A stretch of DNA of 64,000 nucleotides from Folioceros fuciformis (Eukaryota): NCBI GenBank assembly GCA_049999805.1, contig JBNGIO010006382.1, positions 220,234 through 284,233 on the forward strand, in the 5' to 3' direction. Below, piece after piece: positions 11,395 to 26,602 of the stretch. The notes under the pieces are model-generated. The model did no database searches and was not told the DNA's origin. It saw only the letters and a program-made list of their open reading frames with translations. The translations under genes were made by a program, and so were the position numbers. Numbering within the stretch: position 1 is the stretch's first letter; the number at the start of each line of letters is the position of its first letter.

Positions 11395-14300
11395 NNNNNN
11401 NNNNNNNNNNNNNNNNNNNNNNNNNNNNNNNNNNNNNNNNNNNNNNNNNNNNNNNNNNNNNNNNNNNNNNNNNNNNNNNNNNNNNNNNNNNNNNNNNNNN
11501 NNNNNNNNNNNNNNNNNNNNNNNNNNNNNNNNNNNNNNNNNNNNNNNNNNNNNNNNNNNNNNNNNNNNNNNNNNNNNNNNNNNNNNNNNNNNNNNNNNNN
11601 NNNNNNNNNNNNNNNNNNNNNNNNNNNNNNNNNNNNNNNNNNNNNNNNNNNNNNNNNNNNNNNNNNNNNNNNNNNNNNNNNNNNNNNNNNNNNNNNNNNN
11701 NNNNNNNNNNNNNNNNNNNNNNNNNNNNNNNNNNNNNNNNNNNNNNNNNNNNNNNNNNNNNNNNNNNNNNNNNNNNNNNNNNNNNNNNNNNNNNCTTCCC
11801 TTCCCTTCCCTCCTCCCTACCCTTCCCTCCTCCCTTCCCGTCCCTTCCCTTCCCTTCCACACGTCCTCCCCCTCTATATCCGCGGCTCCTCCAGAGGCCC
11901 GCTCTACAACATTTGCGACCCAACCACCTGCCTTCTCTTGCTCATGCGGCCTGGACCGGGCCGAGCCGGGTTGGGCCCGGGGACCGGTGAAAACTATGAA
12001 ATTCAAACAAATACGGCACGCGCCTTCATCGTACGTTCCCCTAATCCCCCTGGACACTCCCAAGGACTAGATACATATGCACTACTGCTCACATCTTACA
12101 AGGCAAAATCCCACAAAACACACAGGTCTTCCTCCAAACATCTCTTGCACAAAGAGTGCTAGCACTCTTTTCCATGCCACACTACCTACCCACTTCATCA
12201 ACTCTTAAACACCATCCTAATCAGCTTTCACCCTTAATTCTATCTCTTAACCCAATCATCACCATCTCCATCTCCATAGCCACAACACACCTTACCTAGA
12301 CTACAAGGTCACTATATCTCCATCACTTGCTCTTCAAAAGGAATGCAAACACATAGATAAAAGAACCCTTGGGTGGGTTCTTCCACCTCGGTCCATTTGG
12401 CATAGATGAGCTTTCTTTCCTTTTCAAGTCTTCACAAAACTACCCAACCAAAGACCTTCCTTGTATATTCCATTGTCGAACTTTGTGTCATAATTTGATA
12501 TTATTGTGATCATTTGCCTAAGTGACCTAAGATTAGTGTTGGCATTCAAAAACTTAAGCTTCATGACTTAAATTAAGGGTCTCACTTTTCCTAAGAGAGG
12601 TTGCCCATCTTAGTTTATTCCGGATGACTTATTCTCTTTAATTATCTGATTATGCACTTGCAAAATTAATTTTTTTCTTTAGAAGAGGGTATGTAATCTT
12701 TTTTTTTTTAATTTAGTGATTATTGATTCCTTATTCTGCAAGTACTTCAAAAACTATTTTAAAAATATTGTATGTACATGTTTATGCTATATCAATGATT
12801 GGTTCATTTATGGGACTGTAATTTATACTAGAAAGTACTTTCCTCATTATTAAATATATTCTATTTCGAATAGAATATTGTAATATGGTTTGTTGCTAAG
12901 ACATAATATTATGATGCCAAAATATAAGACATAGACAACTTCACCAATTTTATAAAATAATAGACATAACGTCATATATGCCTTTATAAGTACATCTAGC
13001 TGTCCTAAATTGTATTATAAATCATTATATACTATGTCTTTTGTAATGGTTTGATTTATAAAATTGATTTAATAGGGTTCTATATATCATATTTTAATAT
13101 TATTTTAGGGTTTAGGGTATAATCTCTTGAAGGGTGATCCAACAGGGTTATGCCAAAATAAATTTTTTTTGAAGAAAGAGCTTGAGTACTTATATTTAAA
13201 ATTTCAAATTCTAAAAATAAAAGTTTTATCAAATTTCAACCCTTATTAGAATAGGTTTTTAGTACAACTAAGTAGATACAAAGCTCCCCCAGTAAAACCT
13301 TGTTTTGCACACAAACCCTAGTTTTCTATTGAGACTAGTCTCAAAGTTTTAGACAAGGCAACAATACTTGTGTTGCAAGATCACAAATCTCGTAGGGATT
13401 GGAGCTGGCCATGGAAGCTTTGAAGAGTGACAAAGATGGAGGAGATAAAGTTGCTGATCAAATTGCTTCATATTTGGGCAACCACTATTCTCTAGACTTC
13501 TACTTTGCATTGTTGCAACAACAAATAGAGGAGAGGAGGACACTTTATTGCAATAAAGGGTACACCTTATTGCAATGAATTCGTAATTGGGCTCCTCTTG
13601 GTCATGATTTGTTATTAATTGCATTGCAACCTTGGTGGAGATCAAATACCAAAACATAGCCTAGTTGTACAAACTCAAAATTGCTACTAGCTCAACTAGC
13701 ACCCAAAAATCATCCTAATCTTGTGGCTCATCCTTTAAATTTTTGTTGTTGGATTGAAGAAGGTTTCATCTGGAATCCTTGGGCAGCTAGACTTCTACAA
13801 TGAAGCACCTACCTCCATGGAAGGGAGGCATGAAAGGGATATGCAGCTACTATGGTAAGGAAAGACGGGAAGGAAGGATTTTGAAGGCACTGTCTGCCAG
13901 ATTTGCTAAGGGAGTTTTCAGACGTAGTCTTTGAACCACAAGGCTGTTTGCAGGCTGGGTCTGACAAACTTCGAAGGTGAGGTAGGTGATGCGTCCTTTT
14001 AAAATCAGTCGATATGGGTGGTACTTGCCAGAGGTCTCCATACCCTAGATATCTGCATACATATATGTTTAGGAGTTGCAGGGGCCGCAAGGCATTCAAG
14101 GTTAGATTTCCTTGCTCACGCAAAGTTGCAGCGGCTTTTTGTGGCCCTGGGGACCCGAGACAACTATACCAGGAAGCTTTTGTATATAGCCTACGCTCCT
14201 GGCCCAGCAAGCGCGAAAGGGCATGCTGATCGAAATTGTCAGCACTCAGAACATGTCCTTCTTCCCACTCCTTGGTGTAATGGAGCACTCCAGCATTCTG

Positions 14301-16110
14301 TCAGGCTTCAGGATGCATCACTCATGCTGGAAAGGCTGCCGAGCATGCCGTTCGGGATGATTCACACAATATGTATGTACATCGTAAGCCAGCCCACCTC
14401 GTCCTTTCCATGTTACAGTTCAGATGGTTGCAGTGCTGATGACCGAAGCAAGTACACCAGTTGGCAACTTCCGTAGCTTTGTACTTGTTGCACAGGAGCC
14501 TTTACAGCTCCTGTTCCTCTTGTCCCTTCGCTCTGATATAATGGCCAAGAAAGGATTCTTTAAGTCTGGTGTCACAGGATGGGCGTTGGTGTCGTCATGG
14601 GCGTTACAGGCCGGAGGAGCTTCGATGGCACTTGCTTCGACAGTGCTTGAAGGTGTTATAGAACACAAATAACGATAACTCTGTTACCAGGCTGGGACGG
14701 AGGGCACATGCGTCGGCATGCCTGCAAAAGCCATTGCATGTAAGGTGATATTCCATCGCCGTGAGGGAAGGTCTCAAGTGCAATATGATGCCCAAAAACT
14801 CAGAGGAAGGTTGCTGGTGCAGTCACACAGACCATCATGAGTGGCCGGATTAGGAGACCGAAAGGACACGAGAGGCAGGTTATATTTCTTGCAAGCAAAC
14901 ACTGCAACGTTGCAAATGTGTCATCACCTGCAGCCTTGCTTCTGATTCTTCCAGACTTGGTGCTGGCTTCAGAGTAGCGGTGCAATCTAGGGCTTGCTGC
15001 CAGCGGCGACCGAATTTACAATGTAGCCCTACGCTACGGGATCCTCGTTATCTGGAAGTGACTTGTTTAGTGCGATCAACTAGGAAACCCGCATACAGAG
15101 CACCATGCTTGCGGTGCGAAGGTCTCACGTCTCCACATGTAATCTTGATTCTCTTTGTTACCTTTCCAGCACGCACCGTGGCCAGCTAGCAGCTCCTGGT
15201 TTTGTGCAAGATTCTGCACACCTTTCATGTATTGCGCAGGCTACTGGCAACAACGTCTTCTCCTCTGCTGCTCTGCATCTTGCGATCTGGCGGTGAAGCA
15301 GCGTTTCCGCCTCTGCGAATCTTATCTCAGGGGACCACCATTACTGGCGGGAACAATGCCACTTCCAGCCATACTCTTAACTCTCCGGAGGACGGAAGCC
15401 TGGAAGGGCCGGTTTCCTAAACTCTTGTCTAACTATGAAGTACGTGTACGGTGCTTGCCGCCTTCCTCCTCTGTCCGAAGGACTTGGGACCCTGACAAAA
15501 CCCAGCCCTTCAACCCAACCCAGTGCTTGTTCAACTTCTGATCTGACCCGATAACACTTGCTGTTCCGACACGGCAAAGTGGCCCGCCTGTCTGGTGGCA
15601 GAGCCATGCGGCCAGCGATCAGCGCACAAATGTTGTCTGGTTGAGACCTCACGCTGATGCTCGCGTAAGAGAGAGAAGTCATGGCAAATGCTGCTACGTT
15701 GGAAGTGGAAGAAGGAGGGCAGCAGCTGTCGCCTTGCGGTTTCATTTCATTCCCACGTCTGTGAATACGGTACCGCCATCCACCTGCCGCCATTTGCCAC
15801 TAAGAGGGTGGGTACATAAAAATGTATTGCCATCTGCCCGACCAATAATCTCCAAGTCCTCCAGAGCCCACGCATGGACTGCAAGTCTGGAGGAACCCAA
15901 AGATTCACTTGTACCTCTTGTCGGTTTGCGATTTGGATCTTCAGCCCTTACGCCGTTCTCAAGACCATTTATGCGCCTGGGCTGGTTCCCTCATGCGTCT
16001 TTGTCACTTGGATGGAAATGGATGGCGAAGAAGTCAAGGAAAGCATAAAATCCAAGAGAATGTATCAGAGGCGTGGAGAAGTATCGCATGTAATTGGCTC
16101 CGTTGTCCTC

Positions 16111-17223
16111 TTAAGCCTCAATCACTGCTGTTGTCCACTGCGACGGGCAGAGTATAGAAACCCTCAACACCTCTCTTTGCCCAACGATTTTCACTTGAAT
16201 ATCATCTTGGTCTTCGGAGTGGTCTAGAACTGCAACTTTGTCTTTCATGCTGTGAAAGCGAACATCTCTCTCAAATGAGCATTCACAATCATAATGCATA
16301 ACTTCATCCAAGATCCTGCATATTTTCTTCCACTTTCTCTCTTTGGTATCAAGCTTCATGATGTTGAGAAGCACAGGCTCTGTTTCCGCTTGTGGCTCAA
16401 TGGTGGAGTCTTTCACCTCTAACATGAAGATGGAGTTATCCACTAAAGTAGTTGCAACTTTGTTCAAACAAAAGGGAGCTGAACCTTGTAGATACTTCAG
16501 CATTTCAGGTTCTTCTTTCCAGGTGTTGGAGTTAAGATCATAGGAAACCAATTTGGATGAATGGGTCTCACGAATCCAGCCCCTAACAAAGAGTTTCTCC
16601 TTCAAGACAAAGAACAAGTCAATGAGCAACATGTAGGGCAAACTAGCTATAGGCCACCATTCATTCTTATTCAAGTTGTAAACCTCTGCTTCAATTCGAG
16701 AACCTATCCCTTCTCCTCCATATCCTCCAGCAGTAACCAAGTGGTTTTTCAACACTCCCCATGCCATACCTCCTCTAGGAACCAACATACTTGCTCCCCG
16801 AGTCCATTGTGCTGTCACAGTATCAAAAATATTCAAGTCCCCATGAGCTTGGTACTTAGGTCCATGTTCTTGCCCCCCAAACACTAGCACACACTTGCCA
16901 ATAGATGCACACCCATGACCATCTAAAAAAATGTTCTCCCTCATGGAGGAATTGAGGAAGCATTTTCTAACTTTTGTCTTGGATACCAAATCAAACTCAA
17001 TGCAATCCAAAACATCCACGTGCTTGCTCTGTTGAGGCAAGAAAAAGATGGATGCACAACAAATATTAAGCTTCTTTCTCTCTGAGTAGAATGTACTACT
17101 CCCAACTAGTCGCCTCCAATGTGAGTTCACTATTCGCATACTAATATGATGAATCCGTGGCACTCTTAGCATGCATTGCAAAGCAACATCATCAGGAAGC
17201 CCGGGAAGTAGCCCTTCCTCCAT
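16111..17223 (-). CDS. F-box/kelch-repeat protein, single coding exon
   Basis: N-terminal LLPGLPDDVALQCMLRVP F-box. Kelch repeats VLVFGG...FDTVTAQWTRGASMLVPR and LVTAGG...AEVYNLNKNEWWPIASLP. Confidence 0.9.
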   Translation of the reverse strand: MEEGLLPGLPDDVALQCMLRVPRIHHISMRIVNSHWRRLVGSSTFYSERKKLNICCASIFFLPQQSKHVDVLDCIEFDLVSKTKVRKCFLNSSMRENIFLDGHGCASIGKCVLVFGGQEHGPKYQAHGDLNIFDTVTAQWTRGASMLVPRGGMAWGVLKNHLVTAGGYGGEGIGSRIEAEVYNLNKNEWWPIASLPYMLLIDLFFVLKEKLFVRGWIRETHSSKLVSYDLNSNTWKEEPEMLKYLQGSAPFCLNKVATTLVDNSIFMLEVKDSTIEPQAETEPVLLNIMKLDTKERKWKKICRILDEVMHYDCECSFERDVRFHSMKDKVAVLDHSEDQDDIQVKIVGQREVLRVSILCPSQWTTAVIEA

Positions 17224-18515
17224 CTAATAAAAAAACCAAGGTGTGTGTGAGGCAAGCTGTATCTCCCTTCCTTCCCTTACATACAAATGCGAAACTTGCT
17301 TTCCATGGAGCAATACATGAGGCAATGCAATACAAGGTGATAATAGAATCTACAAGAAAAGAGACAAAAGAAGGAGAAAGAGAAGAGAAGGAGGAGACAA
17401 GAAGCAAAGAAGGACGAGAAGAGGAGGGAGGGAGGGAGGTTGCTGCTTGTTTTGGTTGAAGAGGGTTCTATTCCCACGCCCCGGACTCGTGAAGAGTGGT
17501 TGGGACTGGAGGCACCAAGTGCAGTTAGTAGTAGGTGGAGGTTACGAACAAGGCACGTTGGGACGAAGGGCTCTGTGAGAGACTGGGACAAGTTGTCGTT
17601 TCCGTTACCAAGTGTGACCGGTTTGGGATGAGGGTCAAGTTGCCACAAGTGCAGGCAGAGCGTGCGCAGAGATAATGTGAATATTGTCTTCTGCATAGAT
17701 AGGGCATTCTGGAGAGATGGGCCGTTTGTGAGGCCTCCGCTTTTCCGCCGCCCTGCCGGAGAGCACAGCCTGAAAATAGACCAATCATTCTGGTCATGCG
17801 TGGCCCGGATTGGAGCCATGTCGCCCTCTTGCTGCAATCAGGCAGCACGACGACTCCACCACTCGCGCTGCTTCAAATGTCATGTTCCCGCCTACCACCG
17901 ATCGCTATCGTCCGCTGCCCCTGCTCTCCGCGACGCCGTGGCTGCTGCGGCTGCTGCTGCGGCTGCTGCTGCCGCCGCTGCTGCTGCTGTGGCAGCCCAG
18001 CAAGTGACGGAACCGGATGCCTCTCCTCCCGAGCTCCGACCCTCCCCAGCTTGCAATTGCGTGCCTTCCCGGAACATGAGTGCCTGCTCCATTTTCTTCG
18101 TCACGCGTGCCGGTGCCNNNNNNNNNNNNNNNNNNNNNNNNNNNNNNNNNNNNNNNNNNNNNNNNNNNNNNNNNNNNNNNNNNNNNNNNNNNNNNNNNNN
18201 NNNNNNNNNNNNNNNNNGGAACATGAGTGCCTGCTCCATTTTCTTCGTCACGCGTGCCGGTGCCTACTGGGACTGAGCTTGGGTTTTGGGCTGGATTCCC
18301 GGTGCGGGGAGCTGGAGGGAGGCCTCGAGGTGGGCGGTATGAAGGAGGCGGGATGTCGTTGTGGGCCGGGGCGGATTGGAGGCTGCCCGGGGAAGGGAGC
18401 CATGTTCTTGGAAGCAGCATCTGAATCGCAGTTAGGGCTGGGCAGGAGCAGGATTGTGGTGCTGGGTGCGTGAATTGGCCTCTCTGCTGCCGTTGGGGAG
18501 GGGAGGAATTGGGCG

Positions 18516-22043
<3,528 letters not shown>

Positions 22044-22615
22044 TTGTGCAGGTGCAGGCTGCTTCAGGCATGTCAGCAATTTTCTCTGTACATCAATTGC
22101 GTAATCGGAATGTGCGTAATCGGAATGTGCATCTGTCGATCTGCGAGTGAGTTTGTAGTGTATCATAACAAAGTAGATTTTGGTGATCTGTCATGCATCC
22201 TGATATTCTTGGATGATGGGCATGTATAAAGGTTGTATTTAGGAGAGGAGAGATGTAAAGTGTGGATTTGGGATCATCGGTGCAGGATATGCAAATTCCG
22301 AGACATCGATTGTTCCAAGTCTAGTAACTGTGCAACTCGATGATATGGTTAGCATTTTAGGAAGCAGTTCATACCAGAACACGTTGTCTTTGATCTCCAG
22401 AGATGTAAAGATTCAAACTCTATTTATCACGATTTAGAGCGGAACATTTCTGTGGTGCATGGGTAAAGTCTGATGAACGAGCTGTTGCTCATTTTATCTC
22501 GGACGGTTGAGCACAAATGCGCCGAACATCGAAACACACAGGCGCTCGTGCACAACCTTAATATCTGAATGTTCCTAAAACTGGTCCCACTCTTAACCAA
22601 GGTTCCTTACCCCTT

Positions 22616-24170
22616 TCACTGCGCCTTGCCGCCAGTAACTTGCGGAGGGCGGAGGATGGAGGGCGGGTAGAATACAGGCTTCAAACCCGTGGCATCCAAC
22701 ACCACCTTGCTCAGAGGTTTCTTGTCCTGCGTCACCGGGACGAGGAAGAAGAGGCGCTGGAACCAGTCCAGGAGCTCCGGTGCGAACACGCGGTAGTATA
22801 GCAGTGGGTAGTACCAAAACGGCACCGTCACAAACCGTTTCCTGTGAACGGCCCCGTGGTATATAGCCTTGGCTGCTACGTCCGTGTACGCTACCGGAGC
22901 CGGTCCAATTACCATCTGACGCACAAGCACAAGCACAGATCTGTGAGACATGTCCCTAACGAGCTAATGAAACATGCTACCTTTGAACAAAGATCGGCTT
23001 ACATCGCGGATGTTCGGATCATTCCACTTTTCCACACCGTCGGAGCCGATGAACTTGCCCTGCGTCATCTGGCTCTCGATCCACCCGGGGCAGACTATGG
23101 TGATCCCCACGCTGCTTCCCAGCTCCACCATGAGCGTCTCGTAGAGCTGCATCTGAGCTGCCTTCGCTGCCTGAAATGCGCCACATTGCGAGGTCGGTAA
23201 GCCTTCGCAGCAAGAAAATTCCAAACAATCCCTCCTCCACTGACTTACGCAGAAGATTGAGAGTCGAGGATACGGGACGAAGGAGCAGACAGAATCGTTC
23301 ACCACCACTCGTCCCTTACTCCGCCTCAGGTGAGGCAGCGCGTAGTAGGTGCACAGCACATTCCCCCAGAACGTGACGTCCTGTCAGGATCAGAAAGTGA
23401 AAGACTCATCATTCCTGCGAGTGGAAACTCACGGTATGGCGGCCTAACAGTCAGGACGAAGCCTGAATTCGAGAACGCGCCGTTGCCGGTGCACACACTC
23501 ACAAAACAGTGATGGAAGGCCTGAGGCTTGGAATCCTGGACGAGGGACGCTGTCGTCACTCCAGCGTTATTCACCAAATGATCCACTGCGCGGCAGCACA
23601 AGCGCATGCATTGGATGTGCAGCGAGGTGAGCCATCAATTCCTGCAACGTTATGCTGGCAAAGATGTCTGGCCTCAAGAAGATATCTACATGACTGGCTA
23701 GGAGGGACTGACAATGTCCGTATTGGTTGATGGTCTCGTCGATGATACGTTTGCAGTCCTCTCGCTTGCTCACATCCGCGCGAATGATCCGCACGTCCAG
23801 AGCGCCGTATCGACGAGCACGTTCCGCCACATCCCGCAGCAAGTGCTCTCTCCTGGCGGCCAGCACTAGCTTGGCTCCCCGCTTGGCGTACTCGTAGGCC
23901 GTTTTCTGCAGGCGCCACCGCCGGACCTCAATGGCGTATCCATCAATCACGTTCGTGGAGCGTGTGGAGCGGATGACTCACCTCGCCGATGCCAGACGAC
24001 GCTCCCGTGATGATCACCACCTTGTTGTGCATATTCTCAGGGAACATGAAATTGAACACCCAGGACCAGAATCTCATAAACAATATCATCGGGTAGAGCG
24101 CGGCCAGCAGCAGGAGCGCCGTGGGCGGCCACACCACGTCCATAATCAGGTTGATCATATCAACCGCCAT
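22616..24170 (-). CDS. HSD: Steroleosin / 11-beta-hydroxysteroid-dehydrogenase-like SDR. Exons 24170-23982, 23905-23713, 23585-23503, 23380-23249, 23170-23003, 22915-22616
   Basis: Hydrophobic Pro-containing N-terminal anchor, VVIITGASSGIGE, AYEYAKRGA, ADVS, LDHLVNNAG, DxxFWG and PGWIESQMTQGKF. Confidence 0.92.
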
Positions 24171-25414
24171 GGCTCCTCCCGGATACTGCTTGTAAGCTTA
24201 GCTGTAGCTAAGCCTGCTCCTCCCAAGGGCGAGTCGATTCAGTCTCAAGCTTCAACTTCAACTTAGATGATGGCAGCTCCGCTCGAGACACCGCATACTC
24301 TTGGGTGAGGAAGGCAATCGAGTCAAGATCTAACTACTTCCCGCGAAGTCAGTCTTAGATTGTTGGATTTAGGGCTTGTGTCGTGGTGGGATAGTTCTGC
24401 TCGGGGCGTGGGGCAGTGACAGACTGCTAAACTGCATGGCCTGCATGTCAGTGCACCGAGTCATCCAGTGCAGTCTTTGTGTTCTGCGTGCGGCGCCATG
24501 CATGCCCGCACCACACTCCAAACTCCAGTCTTTTGTGTCCTGCTTGTCATTGGCATCACTTTCGGATCCGGCGCCTCTCCAATCCTGCCACATGCTCCTC
24601 GATGCCAACAACAATCAAGCATGACCAAAACAAGGAATGCTAGGATTGGATTTTAAATGAAAAACAACCCAAAATTTCACTTCCAGTTCTTGGTTGATGT
24701 ATGCAATGAATGGCATCGAACACACCAAAATTGCATTACTCACAATCTTCCCATGTGTATGAAGGGGCGGTGCCTACATCATGTGCCCATATATTCTTTC
24801 CATTCATGCAGGGATGGATGGTTCAGGATGAGGGTGCGCCCAAGGATCCTTTGCACCTACCTTAGGCAGTAACATTGCACGTGCAATGAAGGAACAAGTG
24901 ACAGCCCTTCGGATCTTGGTTTGCAATTGCTCACCCTTCTCTGAGGATTTAGGGTAACGGTCAGAGCAAGGACACGCGTGGGCATACAGGAAGGTCAAAG
25001 CAAGGATACGCGTGGGCATGCAGAAAGGATGCATTCTCTTCAATCTCAGACTTGGGGCCACAATCCACGAATGGGTACATAGGGTTGCTTGCACCACTAT
25101 CAGAGGCTGCATTGGCTTATATAACACATGTGCTTGGTTCTACGAGTTCCTCCAAGTATAGTGAATCTACCAAAATGACCATTCAATATGCCCACTATTA
25201 AGCTCTTAGTTTCATTCCTTTGTAGTGGCTCCAACCCACACCATAATGCATAGACAATCATGCTAACTTTCCTCCTAAGTTTGTAAGAAGCCTTTGCAGT
25301 TGCCTACATTCTCAACTCACATTCTATGCTGCAGACCCGAACTTCACTGCAATGTCATTGCTGATTTGAAGTCTGACCATAACCCACTGATTTTGCACAT
25401 CTTCAACCCCCACA

Positions 25415-25816
25415 TGATGAAATATATCTAGTTTAGTTTAGGGCCACATCACTTTAAACATTATATTATCATCTAGGGCATTAGGTAGTTACCTATTTAG
25501 TTGCTCTAGGTAGTTAGTTGTTATATTAGTTATAACTACTTATAGTTATAACTACTTATAGTTATAACTACTTATGGTTACAACTACTTATAGTTATAAC
25601 TACTTATGGTTACAACTACTTATGGTTACAACTACTCATGGTTTCAACTACTTATGGTTACAACTACTTATGGTTACAACTACTCATGGTTACAACTACT
25701 TAAAGTTGTAACCACCTAACAATCTCGACCACCTAGCCTATATAAAGCCTTGTACTTTACTCTTTAATTCATTGCATTCTATCTTTTGCATCTAAGAGCA
25801 AGTGTGATTTTCATCA
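25415..25816 (+). repeat. 5' LTR of the copia element (402 bp)
   Basis: Starts TGATGAAA and ends TTTCATCA (8-bp inverted termini, TG...CA). TATATAAA near 25739. Immediately followed by a PBS. Confidence 0.85.
25527..25705. repeat. 17-bp tandem array inside the LTR (unit ~TAGTTATAACTACTTAT / TGGTTACAACTACTTAT, ~10 copies)
   Basis: Directly visible tandem repetition. Confidence 0.9.
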
Positions 25817-25828
25817 TGGTATAAGAGC
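25817..25828 (+). promoter_or_regulatory. Primer-binding site for initiator tRNA-Met
   Basis: TGGTATAAGAGC differs by one base from the canonical TGGTATCAGAGC and sits directly after the LTR end. Confidence 0.85.
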
Positions 25829-26017
25829 TTCTTGCTCTCCATTATGCGAGTGCAGCTTCAAGCATCTAAGGAGCTCATCTAGGAGGCATTTCCAATCTAG
25901 CACCTTGCTAGATGGATTGTGTTCATTTTAGAATTGCTGCTCTTTTATGTTTTCTTCTCATGCGTATATATCTTTTCTTATAATGCTTTTATGCACTAAT
26001 TTCTTATCCCCCCTTCT

Positions 26018-26602
26018 ATGGAAGTGTATTCCCTTAGTACGAGGAGGCCTAGAATAAAGAAAAGAGATTGCCCTGCAAGACAACAAGAACAAGTTAGGAG
26101 CAAGAACATTAGAAGCAATAGAAGTTCACACATCATAGCAGGAGAGATTGATGAAACCTCTTCCTGCATAGCTAACTTCATTGCATCTATTCTAATTTCT
26201 AAACCAGATCAAGGGAAGTTGATTGAGCTAGATAGACGTGATTTGCTAGAATTTCTTAACCCTATTCACGTCAAAGCATTAGAGCTAGCAATCCAACATA
26301 TCTCGAATTTGAGAGCTGGTACTAACACTCCTAATTCTTTTAGTCTACAAGGCCAAGACATAGAAACTTATAAAATTGACGACCTAGATAGACAACTGTC
26401 ATCTCTTAGAATCCAACATCTTGATCTCAAGGGAGAACTAACTGAACTAAGAACAAAGGTGTCCACTCTCTCTAAGTTTATAGACGTGCAGGAATTTCCA
26501 AGCAGGCCGTCATCTCCTAATGCAAGTTATTACCCAAGGGAGGAGTTTCGAGCATGCAATAGAGAAGATGAAAAGCTGTATCAACGAGGCTTAGTCCTCT
26601 AG
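26018..26602 (+). CDS. Additional 194-aa ORF between PBS and gag; predicted coiled coil
   Basis: ATG-initiated and uninterrupted in AT-rich DNA. Heptad-like IDDLDRQLSSLRIQHLDLKGELTELRTKVSTLSKFI. Confidence 0.5.
   Translation: MEVYSLSTRRPRIKKRDCPARQQEQVRSKNIRSNRSSHIIAGEIDETSSCIANFIASILISKPDQGKLIELDRRDLLEFLNPIHVKALELAIQHISNLRAGTNTPNSFSLQGQDIETYKIDDLDRQLSSLRIQHLDLKGELTELRTKVSTLSKFIDVQEFPSRPSSPNASYYPREEFRACNREDEKLYQRGLVL

Noticed and set aside
13100-13325. Scattered TTTAGGG/AAACCCTA motifs as interstitial telomere (also 34440, 50635, 53930)
   Set aside because: Only one or two units each; these are common telo-box-like words in plant DNA.
17935-17995. (GCT/GCC)n poly-Ala ORF upstream of GLR
   Set aside because: A trinucleotide microsatellite, probably in the GLR 5' leader; no supported protein.
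18070-18265. Direct repeat flanking the 100-N gap upstream of GLR
   Set aside because: Identical sequence on both sides of an N run is the signature of unmerged contig overlap. The same pattern occurs at 34109-34118, 40218-40227, 44736-44745 and 51780-51879.
25527-25705. CRISPR-like appearance of short repeats (also 32417-32583 and 46367-46508)
   Set aside because: Head-to-tail tandem units without unique spacers, in a eukaryotic context with no cas genes.
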